Of a stretch of 64,000 nucleotides of DNA, positions 60,975 through 64,000 are shown in pieces. How positions within the stretch are numbered: position 1 is the stretch's first letter; every line of letters starts with the position of its first letter. The stretch comes from Mobula birostris. Lineage: Eukaryota. The notes under the pieces were generated by a model. It was not told the DNA's origin, searched no databases, and saw only the letters and a list, made by a program, of their open reading frames with translations. The position numbers and the translations under genes are program-made. The stretch lies in the NCBI RefSeq assembly GCF_030028105.1, contig NC_092374.1:176786057-176850056 (forward strand), given 5' to 3'.

Positions 60975-61405
60975 AACATAGAACTTAGAAATTTACAGCC
61001 CGCAATGTTGTGCCGACCATGTAACCTACTCTATAGACTGCCTAGAATTTCCCTAATGCATATTTCTCTATATTTCTCAGCTCCATGTACCTATCTAAGA
61101 GGCTCTTCAAAGACCCTATTGTATCGGTTTCCACCACCATCACCGGCAGTGCATTCCATGCACCCACCACTCTCTGTGTAAAAAACTGACCCCTGACATC
61201 CCCTCAGCACCTATTTCCAAGCACCTTAAAACTATGCCCCCTTGTGTTCACCATTTCAGCCCTGGAAAAAAAGCCTCTGTTTTCCACATGAACAATGCCC
61301 CTCATCATCTTAAACACCTCTATCAGGTCACTTCTCATGCTCCAAAACTCCAAGGAGAAAAGGCCTATTAGTCTCAACCTATTTTCATAAGGTACGTCCA
61401 CCAAC
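60975..61405 (-). mobile_element. CR1 LINE 3' end
   Basis: ORF 61204..61404; acatagaac tail at ~60977. Confidence 0.8.
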
Positions 61406-61969
61406 CCCTATCTCAGAAAAGAGGTGTTGTCATTGGAGGGAGTCTAGAGGAAGTTCACAAGGATTATTCTGTGAATGAAGAGGTTAACATATGAGGAGAA
61501 TTTGGTAGCTTTGGTCCTGTACTCACTAGAATTTAGAAGAATGCGAGAGGATCTCATTGAAACCTACCGAATGTTGAAAAGACTAGATAAGGTGGATGAG
61601 GAAAGGATGTTTCTTATGGAGGGGTATCCAGATCTAGAGAGCACTGCATTAAAATCAAGAAGCAACCTTTTAGAACAGAGATAAGGAGGAAGAACTGAAC
61701 CTGTAAAGCAGTAATTTATTGAAATACAGACAAGAGTAAAGTGCTAGATACAATGAAATAGATGGTTTAAAGACAGTGTATTTTAATACAGGAGTATTAT
61801 GGGTAAATGTGATGAACTTAGACCATCCATCAACATACAGAATATCATGTTGTGACCATTACATGAACTTTCCTGAGAGAGCAACAGGAGCAGATGCTAA
61901 ATATACCATGATTTTGATGCTTTAGAAAACATAGAGAGCTTGGTAATAGTTGGTGGGTGGAGTTAGACC

Positions 61970-63050
61970 GTAAGACCATAAGACGTAGGAGCAATCTTAG
62001 GTGATTAACCCAGCTAGTCTGCTCCATCATTCCATCATGGCTGAATTATTTGCCCTTTTAGCCCCATTCTGCTGCCTTTTCCCCATAACCTTTGGGACCC
62101 TGACTATTCAAGAACATAAAACAATTCTATTTTAAGGATTGGCCTCCACAGCAACCAATGGCAATTAATTCCATAGTTTCACGACCATCTGGCTAAAGAC
62201 ATTCCTCCTCCTCTCTCTTCTAAATTGATGTCCTCTTATTTTGAGGATATGTCCTCTGGTCCTAGACACATCTATCATAGGAAACATCCTCTCCACATCC
62301 TGTCTATTTCAGCCTTTCAAAACTTAATAGGTCTCAATGAGATCCCCTCTCATTCTTCTGAACTCCAGTATGTATAGGCCCAGAGCCATCAAGCATTCCT
62401 CATACATTAATGATTTCAGTCCAGGAATCATTCTCATGAAGCACCTCTGGGCCCTCTCCAATGCCAGAACATCTTTTTTTATGTGAAGTACCCAAAACTG
62501 CTCACAATTCTCCGTGCAGTCCAATCAATGTCTTATAAAGCTGCAGCATCACATCCTTTCTCTTATATTCTAGACTGTTTAGAAAATAGTCTACACATTT
62601 ATTCCTTCAAAAGAAGTGCTTGACTATACACTTCCCTATATTGTATTCCATCTTCCACTTCTTTGCCCATACTCCCAATCTGTCTATGTCCTTCTGCAGA
62701 TGCCCTGCATCCTCAACACAATCTTACACCTTCAAACTATCTTAGTATCATCTGCAAACATGGTCATAGAACCATTCAAATTGTTGACATATAAACTGAA
62801 AAGAATTGGTCCCAATACTGACCCCTGCAGAACATCACAATTCACCATCATCCAACCAAAATAGGACCCCTTTATTCCCTTTCTTTGCATCCTGGCAGTC
62901 AGCTAATCTTCTATCGGCACTAGTAGCTTTCCTGTAACGCCATGGACACTTAGCTTGATAAGTAGCCTTGTGTACAGCGCCATGTCAAAGGCCTTCTTAA
63001 AATCCAAATTAAAAAAGTCCACTAACTCTCCTTAGTCTACCTTGCTTGTT
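61970..63050 (-). mobile_element. CR1 LINE (second subfamily) 3' portion
   Basis: ORF 62324..62524 KKDVLALERAQRCFMRMIPGLK...[13 protein letters not shown]; (ccataaga)n tail. Confidence 0.8.
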
Positions 63051-63659
63051 ATTTCCTCAAACTTGCACTACTAATCAGTGAAAGTGTAACAACTGCACTC
63101 GAGGGAACGTGACGGAGGACTCGTCCACTTAGTCTGTATAGGATAAAAACTCCATGGCCTGATGGGATATATCTCAAATCATTGAAAGAGGCAAGAGTTG
63201 AGATTGCTGGGGTCTTGATGTCATGCTGTCTCTTGCTACAGGTGAGATCTAGTTGGAGATTTGTGATGTATATAAATGACCTGGATAAAAATGTAGCTGT
63301 GTGGTTTAGTAAGTTTGTAGATGATGCGATGACTGATGGAGTTATGGATAATGTAGAGATCTGTACAATAATGTATCTGCACAAGTACCACATACACAGA
63401 CCGAAAAAAAACTTGCACAGATTCAAATTGGTTTATTGTCATGTACACCAGGGTACAGAGATGTTTCTTGTTCACATTAAGCTCACAGAATAAACAGAGT
63501 ACATGGTAATACTAAATACACCAACAAATAGGATGAGTGCAGAGCAACAGAATGGTGTAAAGACTGTGTTGCAACCTGAAGTAGTGCAAAAAGAAATGTC
63601 AAATTGACAGGAACTTGGGAAAATCCTCTTGGACATGCCAAATATCCTCAGACATCTAA

Positions 63660-64000
63660 GAAAGTCAATGCACACCCATTATGTAAAGCCTTCCCTCAGA
63701 TCTTTCCACACCATAAAATTGCTCAGAGTCCTCCCCAGCCAAAGGCCCTGAATGAACCATTAGGTCTGCATATCTTCTGAGGACCGAATAAGTGGCATTC
63801 AAGTCTGGTGACCAAAAAAGTTGCAAGAGATCCAGGTATAATCTTTGGAAAGCAATCACACAGGCAAAGTGGGAATTCAGACTAAACATGAATCAATAAA
63901 GGATACACAGTTTTGGCAAGGCTTGAATTCTGTTACCTCTTACAAAGTGAAACCAAGCAACATGGATGACATCAGGGTGTTGCACTGAGTAGAGCTCAAT
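63660..64000 (+). mobile_element. Rex1/Babar-like LINE fragment (inter-domain region upstream of RT)
   Basis: Degenerate K.F..Q.PWMN, AFKSGDQ, LWKAI..AK and LWQGL...T.YK.KP motifs. Confidence 0.55.

Larger units (their letters stand above)
57740..61690 (+). mobile_element. Older CR1 (second subfamily) split into three pieces (57740-58010, 60788-60970, ~61405-61690) by two younger insertions
   Basis: The RT sequence stops at ...aatgcattag (58010) and resumes at agtcatgatc...gaatcatttgattctggcatgg (60788), as it reads contiguously in the copy near 41140. Confidence 0.75.

Overview
Eukaryotic, repeat-rich genomic DNA, most likely a cartilaginous fish and probably a ray (inferred from the repeat families and the gene; not verifiable here). 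It contains one intact host gene, a 5-exon MHC class I heavy-chain-like gene on the minus strand. The exons are leader 46992-46941, alpha1 37716-37465, alpha2 33647-33372, alpha3 30346-30074 and connecting peptide/TM/cytoplasmic tail 19236-19019. All introns are GT-AG and phase 1, and the product is 356 aa. The protein is clearly nonclassical: 5 of the 8 peptide-anchoring residues are non-conservatively or functionally changed, and the predicted groove is strikingly hydrophobic, making it a candidate lipid- or small-ligand-presenting molecule. It also has three extra alpha2 cysteines and a relocated N-glycan site. The promoter carries an X1-X2-Y-CCAAT-TATA-like array spaced like the mammalian class I SXY module, followed by a ~350 bp tandem duplication. 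The rest of the window is transposon-derived: CR1-clade LINEs (near-full-length, young, nested and shattered copies), Rex1/Babar-like and L2 LINE fragments, Penelope-like elements with vestigial hammerhead motifs, V-SINE-like SINEs, DNA-transposon ends, and a class I endogenous retrovirus remnant (integrase, SU-deleted env, short LTR). There is one 195-N assembly gap. Repeat boundaries are by eye and approximate (tens of bp); the exon boundaries were read base by base.
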